From an uncultured virus (IMG/VR IMGVR_UViG_3300046170_000325) (taxonomy: Duplodnaviria; Heunggongvirae; Uroviricota; Caudoviricetes): a stretch of DNA of 64,000 nt. The position numbers were made by a program, and so were the translations under genes. Below the pieces are notes generated by a model, which was not told the origin of the DNA, made no database searches, and worked only from the letters and a program-made list of their open reading frames with translations. This document shows, one piece after another, positions 41,339-51,830 of the stretch (positions are counted from its first letter, which is position 1; the number at the start of each line of letters is the position of its first letter). Location: IMG/VR virus record IMGVR_UViG_3300046170_000325; one strand, written 5' to 3'.

Positions 41339-42676
41339 ATGAAGAAAATATCAGAAGGTAATAAAGGAATACAAGCACTAGCAAAGAAGAATCCTGCTTT
41401 AGTAGAAAACAAGTTTGGGTACGATGTACCAGGATATATGAATGGAGGTATGCCATTACAATATTTTCAAAGCGGTGGAATGCCTTTTGATCCATCAACT
41501 CTTGCGAACCTTGGCAACATGATGCCTAAACCTGGGCCAATGTCATCAGGTTCTTCCATAGGTTCTGCAAACATAAACATACCAGATAATATACCAGGGG
41601 ATCCTAGAGGATTAGAAGCAATATTATCAGGAGATATGACAGGTGGAGATCCATATAATGTAACAGATCCAAACTTTAAGTTTGAACCAGACTTATCAGT
41701 AGAATACGATGAAGACAATCCTTATGATACAGACAAGTCTGCTTACGATAACTACATGGAAAACACAAGAACAGTAGAAGATGATGCTAGAGATGATTTA
41801 GAGCAATCAGTAGAAAATGCAGAGCAACAAGCAAAACAGGATAAAATAGATAGAATAATGCAAGGCTTAGGTGCTTTAGGAGATATGGAAAGTATGATGG
41901 GCGATACTCCAGAAATGACACAAGGTTATTCTATAGGTGGAACAAAAGCATCAAAGGTTGGCATACAAAGATTTAGAAGGGGTGGCATGGCTGATGAAAG
42001 AAAATTTGAAGATGAAAGAGAGTTTAGGTTTAATGATTATATGTTTGATGATTTTGATTTTAGTGATATAGATTTTGGTGATTTTGGTGGAATTATAAAC
42101 CTACCAGGTGGAGGTGGAGGATATAACTATACACCACCAACAGAAGAAGAGATTGCAGAACAACAAGCAAAACAAGCAGCAGCTAGATTAGCAAAAGGTT
42201 ATGGAGGATCAGGTGCAGCAGGTCGTAGTAGTTATGGCTTTCAAACTCCTGGAGCATCTATATCTATTGATGCTAGAGATGAAACACCAGATGCTTACAA
42301 ATTCTACCCTAGTGAAGTATCAAAACTTTATTCACAAATGAAAGGCACGCCTTTCTCACCATTAGTAGCACCTCCTAAAGAAGCTACTTATGTAGATGAT
42401 CTACAACCAAGAAGAATAGCCAGTCAGTTATATGCAGCTGACGGTAAATTTGTAGATAGAAGCGAATTAATTACAGGCCCAGGCGGAGAGCGTGGCGACA
42501 AGATACCAGCAATGTTAAGCGATGGCGAGTTTGTTGTTAATGCTGAAGCTGTAAGAGGTATGGGTGTTGCAGCAGGTGCTAATCCACAAGACGAATACGA
42601 ACAACGCCTAGAAGGTGCACGTCAAATGTATGCTCTACAAAAAGAAGGCGAACAAATGATGAGGAAATACAGATAA
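41339..42676 (+). CDS. Putative internal virion / ejection protein
   Basis: Acidic low-complexity body; C-terminal GPGGERGDKIPAMLSDGEFVVNAEAVRG. Confidence 0.55.
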   Translation: MKKISEGNKGIQALAKKNPALVENKFGYDVPGYMNGGMPLQYFQSGGMPFDPSTLANLGNMMPKPGPMSSGSSIGSANINIPDNIPGDPRGLEAILSGDMTGGDPYNVTDPNFKFEPDLSVEYDEDNPYDTDKSAYDNYMENTRTVEDDARDDLEQSVENAEQQAKQDKIDRIMQGLGALGDMESMMGDTPEMTQGYSIGGTKASKVGIQRFRRGGMADERKFEDEREFRFNDYMFDDFDFSDIDFGDFGGIINLPGGGGGYNYTPPTEEEIAEQQAKQAAARLAKGYGGSGAAGRSSYGFQTPGASISIDARDETPDAYKFYPSEVSKLYSQMKGTPFSPLVAPPKEATYVDDLQPRRIASQLYAADGKFVDRSELITGPGGERGDKIPAMLSDGEFVVNAEAVRGMGVAAGANPQDEYEQRLEGARQMYALQKEGEQMMRKYR

Positions 42677-44232
42677 TGGGAATATTTAGTAGCAAAACTA
42701 AACAAGGGCCAGAAGCAGATGTAATAACAACTCCAGAAACAGGTTATTCTTTTATATCTCCTTACATGGAGGATTACTCAAGAAGACTTCTTGCTTCCTA
42801 CTTTGGCTCTCCTGGTGAATACGAAGGACTAATATCTCGAGCTAGAGATATACCTATAGAACAAACAGCAGGTCTTACACCATTACAAATACAAGCACGT
42901 CAAGCAGCAGGTGGTTTAGGAGAATTTAAACCTTATATAGAAGATGCTGGTAGATTATACGGCAGACAAGAAGATGCACTAGATCAAGCCATGGGTTTTG
43001 TGCCACAGGCTCAAGCTGGTATTGAAGAAGGTATGGGCTTTCAAAGAGAAGGATCTGATTTAGCAAGAGGTGCTGGAAGATTCTCAGATGCAGCAGAAAG
43101 AATGATAGGTACAGGAGCTGATACTGTAGCAGGTGGTATAGGTGCATTACAAAGAGCAGAACAAAGTGCAATGGGTGCTACTAAAATGTTTGATCCTAGT
43201 AGCTCATCTGCTTTTTATAATCCATACGAAGATCAAGTAGTACAACAAACATTAGAAGATATAAACAGACAATCAGCAAAACAAGACATAGGACTACGTG
43301 ATAGAGCTGTATCCGCTGGTGCCTTTGGTGGATCAAGAGGTAGGATAACTCAAGAAGAATTAGCAAGACAAACAGGAAGAGGGGCCGCTGAAGCAGTTGG
43401 TGCTCTTAGAAGTCAAGGATTTGGCAGAGCTCAAGATGCTGCAAGACAATCCTTTGAATCACAACAAGGTAGACAAGCTGGATTAGGTCAAATGCAAGCA
43501 AGTTTAGGCGGACAACAAGCAGCTATAGGTGGTCAGCAGGCCGCACTAGGTAGTCAGATGGCTGGTCTAGGTCAACAACAAGTACAAAGAGGACAAGCCC
43601 TAGGTGGTTTTGGTTCTAGCCTTATGCAAGGTGGGCAACAACTAGGTGGCTTAGGTCAATTAGCTAGTGGTATGGGACAACAGTTTGGTCAGATAGGTCA
43701 AGGCATTGCAGGTCTAGGACAAAAAGGACAAGGAATGTTAGGCAACCAAATCAATATGTTGAATCAACTCGGTCAACAAGGTCAAGCAACTCAACAAGCT
43801 GCACTATCAAGACAGTTCCAAGGAGCACAGCAACTTGCGAACGAGCCAATGCAAAGACTACAACAAGGTCAAGCATTACTTGCTGGATCACCAATGGGAG
43901 GAATCTCTGGTGGTACTGGTACAAATGCTTATCAACGTGGATCTTATCAAGAGCCAAGTAGTGCATCAAAAGCAGCTGGTGCAATAGGAACGATTGGAAC
44001 TTTGATTGGTATGTTCTCTGACTCAGAGTTAAAAACTAATATCACTAAAGTAACAAACATTGAACCTAACATTGGTTGGTATACATGGGATTGGAATGAC
44101 AAAGCTAAAGAGCTTGGAATAGACGCAGAGCCAACAGAAGGTGTTTTAGCTCAAGAAGTATTAGAAGTTAAACCAGATGCAGTAGTAGTTAAAGATGGTT
44201 ACTACGCTGTTGACTACGCTAAGGTATTGTAA
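42676..44232 (+). CDS. Gly/Gln-rich DNA pilot/ejection-like protein with a C-terminal peptidase S74-type intramolecular chaperone domain
   Basis: FYNPYEDQVV, AGAFGGSR, GQ-rich repeats; FSDSELKTNI...GVLAQEV...YYAVDY. Confidence 0.65.
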   Translation: MGIFSSKTKQGPEADVITTPETGYSFISPYMEDYSRRLLASYFGSPGEYEGLISRARDIPIEQTAGLTPLQIQARQAAGGLGEFKPYIEDAGRLYGRQEDALDQAMGFVPQAQAGIEEGMGFQREGSDLARGAGRFSDAAERMIGTGADTVAGGIGALQRAEQSAMGATKMFDPSSSSAFYNPYEDQVVQQTLEDINRQSAKQDIGLRDRAVSAGAFGGSRGRITQEELARQTGRGAAEAVGALRSQGFGRAQDAARQSFESQQGRQAGLGQMQASLGGQQAAIGGQQAALGSQMAGLGQQQVQRGQALGGFGSSLMQGGQQLGGLGQLASGMGQQFGQIGQGIAGLGQKGQGMLGNQINMLNQLGQQGQATQQAALSRQFQGAQQLANEPMQRLQQGQALLAGSPMGGISGGTGTNAYQRGSYQEPSSASKAAGAIGTIGTLIGMFSDSELKTNITKVTNIEPNIGWYTWDWNDKAKELGIDAEPTEGVLAQEVLEVKPDAVVVKDGYYAVDYAKVL

Positions 44233-46328
44233 TGCAAGGAATAATGTCGGGCATGACTCCAGTAAGATTAAAAGACGGTGGCTTTCCTGATTTAACAGGT
44301 GATGGCAAAGTAACTCAGAAGGATATTCTTAAAGGACGTGGCATAGAAGGATTTGCTGATGGCGGTGATGCTGATAAAAGATTTATGAATCTTCAAAGAA
44401 CTGCTGAAGGTTCGGGTGCAAACCTTAGAGACTTTACTGATCTTGTATTTGATCCAACCGATCCTGTTGATTATGCAATAGCAGGTCTAATGATTTTTCC
44501 TCCAGCAGCAATAGCAGCTAGGCTTATTAAATTAGGTGTTAAAGGAAATAAACTTAAAAATAAAATGAAAAAAGTTGAGGTCATGAAAGATGCTCAACGA
44601 TCAATGGGTAAAAAAGCAAAAGATTTATTTACCACCAATCCAATAGACAATATGGCAGCTGCTAACGGTTTAGTTCTTGGAGGTACAAGAGCAACAGCTT
44701 TAGGTGCAACAGGACAACTAGCATTAAGAAATGAATTGGCTGACATGGCAACTACAAACGAAAGAAGCATATCAAGAATTGGGCCTGCTGAACTTTATAG
44801 CTATGAAGCTAGAGATCAAATTAAAGAAGATCCTTCTTTAGTTAAGAAAGGTGGCATAAGTGATTATGTTGAAATAGCTAAAATGGTTCCAGAGTTTTAT
44901 GATATTGCAAAAGATCCTGAAGGAAGAGAAGCAATGGCTGAGGTAATAAAAGAATCTTTACCTTCTATGCCTAATGTATTTGGAACAGTCGATGATGAAA
45001 TTCTTAACAGAAGAGATGGAGGCATAATTGGATTTGCGAAAGGTGGTGGTGTAAAAAAAGGTGGTAGAGCTTTCTTAGATAAAACTAAAGAAAAAATTAA
45101 TAAGCTTGAAAGTACAACAAAAAAAATTAACGAACTTAATAAACAAATAAAAAAAGATCGAATTAAATTAAAAAAAGATGGCACACCAGATAAAAGATAT
45201 AAACCTGAAACTAAAACTCCAGACAAACCTAAGTCTAGTGGTACAAAGATTAATGAAAAAATAAAAGAATCTAAACCTAAACAAACTCAAGCTCAAAAGA
45301 AAGCAGCGGCAGAAAGAAAAAGACAAGCAGCAAATAAGAAAGCAGCAAAACAAAGACAAGCTGATATAGATGCTAAAGCTAAAGCTAATGCAGATGCTAG
45401 AAGAAAAGCAGATACAGATGAGTTTAATCAAAGCAGACAACAAACTCCTGCTACTAAAGTAGATGATGCAGCTACAGGCGGTACCCCTAAAACAGGTGGA
45501 GGAGTTCCAGAAACTCCTATGACAACAGGAAACACTTTGCGTAATAATATTATTACAAGAAACCCTGTTAAATCTACAATAGCTGGTGGAGTAATTGCTA
45601 CTGGAATGGGATTCAATCCGTTTGCAGGCGATGGCTCTGAAGAAGATAGACCTGTTGTAGAAGATGTAACCATTACAGATAGCCCATTTGATTTTAATAA
45701 TTCTGGCGGAAACACAACTCTTGTTGATACAGATCCTACTGCATGGGCACAAATCATGAAGGATAGAATAGTTAATGACAGAGGCATTCCATTAGATGAC
45801 CAAGGTAACTTTACTGAGAAGCCTAAGTTTATGGACTACTTAAAGTCATTACCTGGTGCATACTCTGACAAGGTACAAAGAGATCCTGACTTTGCTAAGA
45901 AAATGATGGCAGGTTTCTTAAACATGATGAAGCCAGTAGAAGGATATGTTCCTATTAACTCAGCCGTTGCATTCGGTGAGGGATACCTAGGAGAAGAGAC
46001 AAGACAAGCTGATATGCTACCTGCTGACGCTAAAATGCTTAAGTTCTTACAAGCTAATCCAGATCTTTATGATAAGTATTTGGAATCTGAATCAGCTAAA
46101 GCTGGTGTGTTATTGTCAGATATAAAAGCAGAACAAGGGACAACACTCTTTAATCAATTAGTAGATACAGTAGCAGGAAAACAAAATATATCATTAGATC
46201 AAGTAGCCAAAGGTAACTATCAACTTACGTACCAAGGAATACCTGTTGGGCCTTCTGACATAACATCTATACTTGATCAAGGTGTAAGCATTGTTGGTAA
46301 TCCTGACTTTAAACTAGAAATAAAATAA
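44232..46328 (+). CDS. Putative internal virion protein
   Basis: Ejection-module position; DLTGDGKVTQKDIL and KKDGTPDKRYK motifs; Lys/Ala-rich segment. Confidence 0.5.
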   Translation: MQGIMSGMTPVRLKDGGFPDLTGDGKVTQKDILKGRGIEGFADGGDADKRFMNLQRTAEGSGANLRDFTDLVFDPTDPVDYAIAGLMIFPPAAIAARLIKLGVKGNKLKNKMKKVEVMKDAQRSMGKKAKDLFTTNPIDNMAAANGLVLGGTRATALGATGQLALRNELADMATTNERSISRIGPAELYSYEARDQIKEDPSLVKKGGISDYVEIAKMVPEFYDIAKDPEGREAMAEVIKESLPSMPNVFGTVDDEILNRRDGGIIGFAKGGGVKKGGRAFLDKTKEKINKLESTTKKINELNKQIKKDRIKLKKDGTPDKRYKPETKTPDKPKSSGTKINEKIKESKPKQTQAQKKAAAERKRQAANKKAAKQRQADIDAKAKANADARRKADTDEFNQSRQQTPATKVDDAATGGTPKTGGGVPETPMTTGNTLRNNIITRNPVKSTIAGGVIATGMGFNPFAGDGSEEDRPVVEDVTITDSPFDFNNSGGNTTLVDTDPTAWAQIMKDRIVNDRGIPLDDQGNFTEKPKFMDYLKSLPGAYSDKVQRDPDFAKKMMAGFLNMMKPVEGYVPINSAVAFGEGYLGEETRQADMLPADAKMLKFLQANPDLYDKYLESESAKAGVLLSDIKAEQGTTLFNQLVDTVAGKQNISLDQVAKGNYQLTYQGIPVGPSDITSILDQGVSIVGNPDFKLEIK

Positions 46329-49300
46329 TGCCTACCATTACCTTTGCTGATGGTTCTTCTTCTTACATACCTGATAAAAAACCAGAAACTATAGCTGAAG
46401 CTAAAAGACGTTACGAACTAAGCAGAAAAGGTGAAGCTAGTGTCTTGGGTGATGTTGGTCGTCAAGCTGTTAGAGGTTTACAAAAAATTGGAGAAGGTCT
46501 AGCTACTACAGTAACTTCAGGTGTTGATCTTTTTGCTGACACTGACCTAACTAAAGACGTTACAGAATACTATCAAGGCATTGATCCAGGCGAAGCTGAA
46601 ACTACAGCGGGTGAAGTAACAAGATACATGGTTCAGTTTGGATTACCTGGCTTTGGCGTAGCAGGAGTTTTATCAAGATATGGCAAGATGGGTAAAATTA
46701 AATCAGCAGTAGCTGGTGGACTTGTAGATGGAGCTGTAGCTACAGACGATGTAAAGACTCTTGCTGATACATTCATAACTAAAAGCGAATCAGATCAAGA
46801 TAGATTAGCTAGACTCAGCGGTGCAGATGCAGCCAAAGCTAGGCTAACAGATAGACTAGAAGTAGCAGGAGAAGGTGCAGCATTTATACTAGGGCTACCA
46901 CTTGCAGGTAAACTTGCATTAACTGTAGGAGGTACAGCAATAGATGCTTTAGCTCCCGCTGCATCTTATGCAACTAAAGCTTTAACATCTAGTAAAAGCG
47001 GAGAGTTACAAAAGACAGCCTTTGATTCTAATACAGGTATGGCTAATACAATTAAAAAATATTTTACTTTTGCTGGAGAAAGACCAGACAATCTTACAGC
47101 TCAAGCAATGGCTACTAAAACATTTCAAGTTAAAGCAGCTCAAGAATCAGTTGATGCTACCTTTGATACTGTAATTAATACAACACAAAAGGCTATGGAT
47201 CAAGGAACAATAAATCAAACCAATGCTTTAGCTTTATCAAGAAACATAGAAGACTTTATGTTTCCTAGAATCAGAGTTGACTTTCAATCTCCCAACATGA
47301 AAGCAGCAGACAAAATTAAAGAAGCAAGAAAGTTACAGAAACAAGCTGAACAAAACATTAAAGACTTAGAGAATAGATACATTAACTACAACTCTATGGG
47401 ACTTGGAAAAGGATTAGAAATATCTACACTATTAAAAAACAATAGAGATGTGTTTGATACTTACTCTCAAAATGTTTTAAATTATAGTGACGAAGGTGCA
47501 GATGGTTTTATGCACTTATTTATACCAGATGAACTTAGAACTGCTATAGCAGAAAATGCAGGATTGTATGGAACTAGAGCTTACAAAGCTATGGTTGATA
47601 ATACTTACACTATAAATCCAGAGTTTCAAAAAAAAGCTATAAAAGAAATACAAGATACATTTGGTATTAATCAAGAACAAGCATACAGAGAGTTCTCTAG
47701 CTTATTAAATCCTGGGCCTAAGAATAAAAATGCTTTTAGTTTTGAAACAGATCAAATGATCTTGCAAGGATTAAATGCAGACAAGGGTATATTAAAAGGT
47801 AGAACATTAAACAACTTACCAGAAACAAGGAGAGCATTAGGTGAATCAGCTGGTTACTTGCAAGGAGATTGGAAGTCTGCTTTAAATAATACCAAGCTTA
47901 CCGCTAGTGTTACATCACAAAAACTTTCTAGTTTAGTAGCTAAAACAGAAATGTTTAATAACTTAAAACAATTAGATGATGTTGCTGATAAGACAGGCGG
48001 AGTTAAATTTTTAAGACCAAAAGAATTTGGCATGTCTCAAGATGGAACATTTGCAAAAGAAATAACTCAACCCAATCCTACAAACCCAAGAGAACAAATT
48101 GTATTTAAACAGTTTGATGATGACGCTGGTGCACTTGCAGGATCTTATGCAAGAGCAGATGTTCACGATGCTTTAATGGATGCGGTGACTGATCAAAAAT
48201 CTAACTGGCCCATCCTTGGAAGAGCATACACAGGATTTTTAGGAGTTAAAGCAGCATCACAGTATGGTAAAACAGTTCTCTCTCCTGGTGCACAGGTAAG
48301 AAACTTTACTAGTATTCCTTTCTTCTCTTTACTTAATGGTAATGTTGGTACTACTGGCAGGTTTACTGATGCAGTATCAACAAGTTTCGCTGGTTTGTTT
48401 GATCCAAAGAAAAGAATATTAAAAGCTGACAAGATCAACGAGCTTATAGAAGAAGGCATAATGCAAAAGGGTGGTGCTCAACTTGGTGAGATAAGAGAGA
48501 TAGCAAGACTAGCTAGTGATGAGTTTAAATTAGCAGCACAAATAGGTAAAGCTAAAGATGCTAGTAGTATAAAAGTATTTGAGAAAGCATACGGTATGAC
48601 TGATGATGCTGGTCGTGTGTTCGGATACTTAAATGAAAAAGAAAGACTTATGCAATCTTTAATTAAAGAGTCTGATTCTTTAGTGCCAGTAGAAGCTTCT
48701 AAAAATATTATAAGATTTGCTGACGACATACAATCAGGTACAGGTGGTGCCATGATAAGGCCATCTGAACTTATTAGTAAGTATGGCGATGAAGGATTAG
48801 AAATGTTTGTAAGAGGTGAGGCAGGAGAGATAGCTGCCAACACTATACAGAACTATAAGAGAGTAGTTCCTATAGTCGGCGAAGTAATAAGAAGATCTCC
48901 TTTTGGTAACTTCGTTGCTTTCCCTGCTGAGATCATGAGAAATACAAGCAATGCTGTATCAAGAGCTATAAAAGAATTATCTAGTGATAACAAAGAGATA
49001 CAAAAAATAGGCATGAGAAGATTGACTGGAGCTGTTACTACTACCAGTGCACTGCCCTCTGGCTTAGTAGCTCTTGGATCAGCACTAACAGGAGTAGATA
49101 AAGAAAAAGTAGATTCATATAAAAGATCATTTGCTGCACCTTGGGATAGAACAGCGTCATTAATACCTATAGCATCTGATAAGAATGGTAATCCTACACA
49201 GTTTATAAACTTTAGTTACATGAACCCATACGACTATCTTAAAAGACCTATAACAAGAGTCATGCAAGAAGTTGCTAATGGAGAAAGAGACGAAGAGACG

Positions 49301-50203
49301 TTACAAAAAATATTATTTGATGGCACAGTTGGTGCTGTTGGTGAGTTGTTTCAACCATTTGTAGAGCCAGCCTTTTCTTTACAAGCAATTAATGATTCTA
49401 TAAGAGGTGAAACATCTACAGGTAAAAAGATATGGGGATCTTCAGATAGCACTGGAGATAAAATAGCTAAAGGTATGTATCACTTTGCAGATACAGCCAT
49501 ACCAACTCTTAGTCCTTACAGAATACAACCAAACTTAGGTGCTGACAAAGGCGTGTTTGGAGTATCTCCACCAGAGTTTGTAGATAAAAACTTTCCCCGT
49601 GCAGTTTTTGGTAGCACCAATAAAAAAGGCGAAGATAAAATCCTAGATAGAATGGGTAATGTTATAGATGTAGAAGAGACATTGGTACAAGCATTCAGTG
49701 GATTAAAAGTAGTCAAGCCACAGATTGATAGATCTTTAAGATACAGAGGCTTTGAAGCTAATGATGCTATAAGAGATGCTACTAATACTTTTAATAGATT
49801 GCTTAGAAGCAATGATCCAAAGCAAGCAGAAGAATTATTACAAGGCTACATGAATCAAAATGAAAATAGATTTAGAGCTTTAAGAGATTTGTATACATCA
49901 ATAGAAGACGCTAGAACTTTAGGCTTATCTGAGCAACAGATTAAAGAACAATTAAAAGAAGCTAAGGTTGCCAACTACGAGACAGTCATGAGAGGAATAT
50001 TTAAACCTATAACAGTAGACCAAGGGTTAGTAAGAGAAGCACGTATGAAAGGTACACAAGTTAATCCATCAGCATTCCCTGTTGCTGAACAAAGACTAAG
50101 ACAAGACCTTACAGGTAGATTTATTAATCCATTAGATATAGAAAGATCAAGAGCATCTCAACTATTAAGAGAAGAAGAAGAAAAGAAAATACTAGGAATC
50201 TAA
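46328..50203 (+). CDS. Large internal virion / ejection protein
   Basis: 1291 aa, predicted helical; KTVLSPGAQVRNF, PFGNFVAFPAEIMRN, NFSYMNPYD; last gene of the structural operon. Confidence 0.6.
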   Translation: MPTITFADGSSSYIPDKKPETIAEAKRRYELSRKGEASVLGDVGRQAVRGLQKIGEGLATTVTSGVDLFADTDLTKDVTEYYQGIDPGEAETTAGEVTRYMVQFGLPGFGVAGVLSRYGKMGKIKSAVAGGLVDGAVATDDVKTLADTFITKSESDQDRLARLSGADAAKARLTDRLEVAGEGAAFILGLPLAGKLALTVGGTAIDALAPAASYATKALTSSKSGELQKTAFDSNTGMANTIKKYFTFAGERPDNLTAQAMATKTFQVKAAQESVDATFDTVINTTQKAMDQGTINQTNALALSRNIEDFMFPRIRVDFQSPNMKAADKIKEARKLQKQAEQNIKDLENRYINYNSMGLGKGLEISTLLKNNRDVFDTYSQNVLNYSDEGADGFMHLFIPDELRTAIAENAGLYGTRAYKAMVDNTYTINPEFQKKAIKEIQDTFGINQEQAYREFSSLLNPGPKNKNAFSFETDQMILQGLNADKGILKGRTLNNLPETRRALGESAGYLQGDWKSALNNTKLTASVTSQKLSSLVAKTEMFNNLKQLDDVADKTGGVKFLRPKEFGMSQDGTFAKEITQPNPTNPREQIVFKQFDDDAGALAGSYARADVHDALMDAVTDQKSNWPILGRAYTGFLGVKAASQYGKTVLSPGAQVRNFTSIPFFSLLNGNVGTTGRFTDAVSTSFAGLFDPKKRILKADKINELIEEGIMQKGGAQLGEIREIARLASDEFKLAAQIGKAKDASSIKVFEKAYGMTDDAGRVFGYLNEKERLMQSLIKESDSLVPVEASKNIIRFADDIQSGTGGAMIRPSELISKYGDEGLEMFVRGEAGEIAANTIQNYKRVVPIVGEVIRRSPFGNFVAFPAEIMRNTSNAVSRAIKELSSDNKEIQKIGMRRLTGAVTTTSALPSGLVALGSALTGVDKEKVDSYKRSFAAPWDRTASLIPIASDKNGNPTQFINFSYMNPYDYLKRPITRVMQEVANGERDEETLQKILFDGTVGAVGELFQPFVEPAFSLQAINDSIRGETSTGKKIWGSSDSTGDKIAKGMYHFADTAIPTLSPYRIQPNLGADKGVFGVSPPEFVDKNFPRAVFGSTNKKGEDKILDRMGNVIDVEETLVQAFSGLKVVKPQIDRSLRYRGFEANDAIRDATNTFNRLLRSNDPKQAEELLQGYMNQNENRFRALRDLYTSIEDARTLGLSEQQIKEQLKEAKVANYETVMRGIFKPITVDQGLVREARMKGTQVNPSAFPVAEQRLRQDLTGRFINPLDIERSRASQLLREEEEKKILGI

Positions 50204-50204
50204 C

Positions 50205-50534
50205 TTGTATAACAAATACGGAGCAAAGAAAGTAAGACTTGATGGCTATACTTTTGATAGCAAACTTGAGGCAGCTCGATACAATCATCTTAAAGAACTA
50301 GAAGAGCAAGGTCTAATTTCTGACATAGAGATACACCCACCCTTCCCATGCTTTGTTAATGAAAAGAAAGTATGTCTTTACAAGGCTGACTTTAAATACA
50401 AGAACATCAATGGCGATGAGATCATAGAAGATACCAAGGGTATAGAGACACCTATGTTTAGATTAAAGAAGAAACTTGTTGAAGCCCTGTATCCTAGCGT
50501 AGAAATTATAGTAATAAAAAAAGCCAAAGCCTAG
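50205..50534 (+). CDS. DUF1064-family endonuclease
   Basis: NKYGAKKVRLDGYTFDSKLEA, YKADFKY, EDTKG, FRLKKKL. Confidence 0.8.
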   Translation: MYNKYGAKKVRLDGYTFDSKLEAARYNHLKELEEQGLISDIEIHPPFPCFVNEKKVCLYKADFKYKNINGDEIIEDTKGIETPMFRLKKKLVEALYPSVEIIVIKKAKA

Positions 50535-51610
50535 AAAGGCACACCTGTTTCAACCCAAGGTCTTATACTAGATATTGTTCCATTCAAAAGCTTTTTAACA
50601 TTCTCACACTGAACGATCAGTTCTTTTGGAAAGTTACTGTTGACAATCTCTATCAGCTCCTCACTAGAATAAAAGTTATCTCCTGTAGATTGTTTGCCCT
50701 TAGCTACATTGACAAACCTAAAGTCATCTTTCTCGTAGATCACAAAGGTATCATCAACCTGTAATACTTTGGCTGGTATTAGTTCAGGTATGTAGTTGTG
50801 GTTTGCACAACCTGTGGTTTGTCTTTCTTTGCTTATCACTCTATTGTCTTGAGAACAAACCCACTCGCCTGTTTCAATATCTGGATTAGAAAAACGACAA
50901 GACCTACAGTGTAGTTTCTCAGGCAAAGACCTACCAAGATATGCGGCCTGTTGTTTCTTTGACATATAGTTGCGTATTCTGTAATCAGTTACAGGTATGT
51001 TGTTGTCTGGTGGTGTCTTAGTTTTTAATATGTTTTCAGCTTTCTCCATAAACATTTCAAACTTTAAATAATCAAAGTCGATAACCTCTGTATACAAAGC
51101 TGAATTGTTCTTGTTATAAACAATAGCTATACAGTGATCTAGTTTAAACAACCCCATATACAAATGGATCTGTGCATCATACTCCTCTGACCAATTACAA
51201 TAGCTACCTAGTTTTTCTAGCTTGTTAAAACGATTGTCGTTAGCTGTCTTGAACTCTAGTAGGTATGGCTTGTTTGGTTTTAGTCCAGGTAAGTTCTTAG
51301 CTACACCGTCTATGTGTCCCTTTACATGTCCACCTAATGCTTTAGTCTCAAACTGTCTGCCGTCCTTTTGCACATCATATATAGTTGCACCTGGTATCTT
51401 GCGTAGCTTTTCGATCAAGTGATCTTCTACTACATTACCTAAGTCTAGTAACCTAAGAACTCTTGGCTCCCATTCATCAGGCATGAGCCAGCGGTATCGC
51501 ATCCAGAGGAGCCTTTGATTTGGATTACCGATACCACTGATACCCAAATAAAATCTTTGGTGTCTCTCAGTATTTGTTTCTACTTCATCAAGCAGATGAT
51601 TGATTGTCAT
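50531..51610 (-). CDS. PD-(D/E)xK (Cas4/RecB-like) exonuclease
   Basis: YLGISGIG, GHIDG, LLEFKTAN, QIHLYM, CRSC; start moved to ATG 51610 (GGAG SD). Confidence 0.8.
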   Translation of the reverse strand: MTINHLLDEVETNTERHQRFYLGISGIGNPNQRLLWMRYRWLMPDEWEPRVLRLLDLGNVVEDHLIEKLRKIPGATIYDVQKDGRQFETKALGGHVKGHIDGVAKNLPGLKPNKPYLLEFKTANDNRFNKLEKLGSYCNWSEEYDAQIHLYMGLFKLDHCIAIVYNKNNSALYTEVIDFDYLKFEMFMEKAENILKTKTPPDNNIPVTDYRIRNYMSKKQQAAYLGRSLPEKLHCRSCRFSNPDIETGEWVCSQDNRVISKERQTTGCANHNYIPELIPAKVLQVDDTFVIYEKDDFRFVNVAKGKQSTGDNFYSSEELIEIVNSNFPKELIVQCENVKKLLNGTISSIRPWVETGVPF

Positions 51611-51830
51611 TTTGTTTCTCCAACATTTCATCAAAAGATTCTCTAATTAATACAAACAAACTATCTCTTAAATTAGTATGTAATTTGTCAGAGGAGTTAG
51701 GATTTCCAAGAGCTAACCACATTTCTCTAGCCACTTGACACACATAATACTGCTTTGTTCGTTCCATAGATTCTTTTTCTGCTTCTTCAAAAGCATCAAT
51801 ACATATTTCTTTTAATTTGGCTTTGTTCAT
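51588..51830 (-). CDS. Hypothetical protein (MNKAKL start)
   Basis: ORF track; ATGA coupling. Confidence 0.55.
   Translation of the reverse strand: MNKAKLKEICIDAFEEAEKESMERTKQYYVCQVAREMWLALGNPNSSDKLHTNLRDSLFVLIRESFDEMLEKQNDNQSSA

Noticed and set aside
50531..51610. Cas4-like nuclease as part of CRISPR-Cas
   Set aside because: It sits in a standard phage helicase/SSB/Sak4 recombination operon; no cas1, cas2 or array is present.
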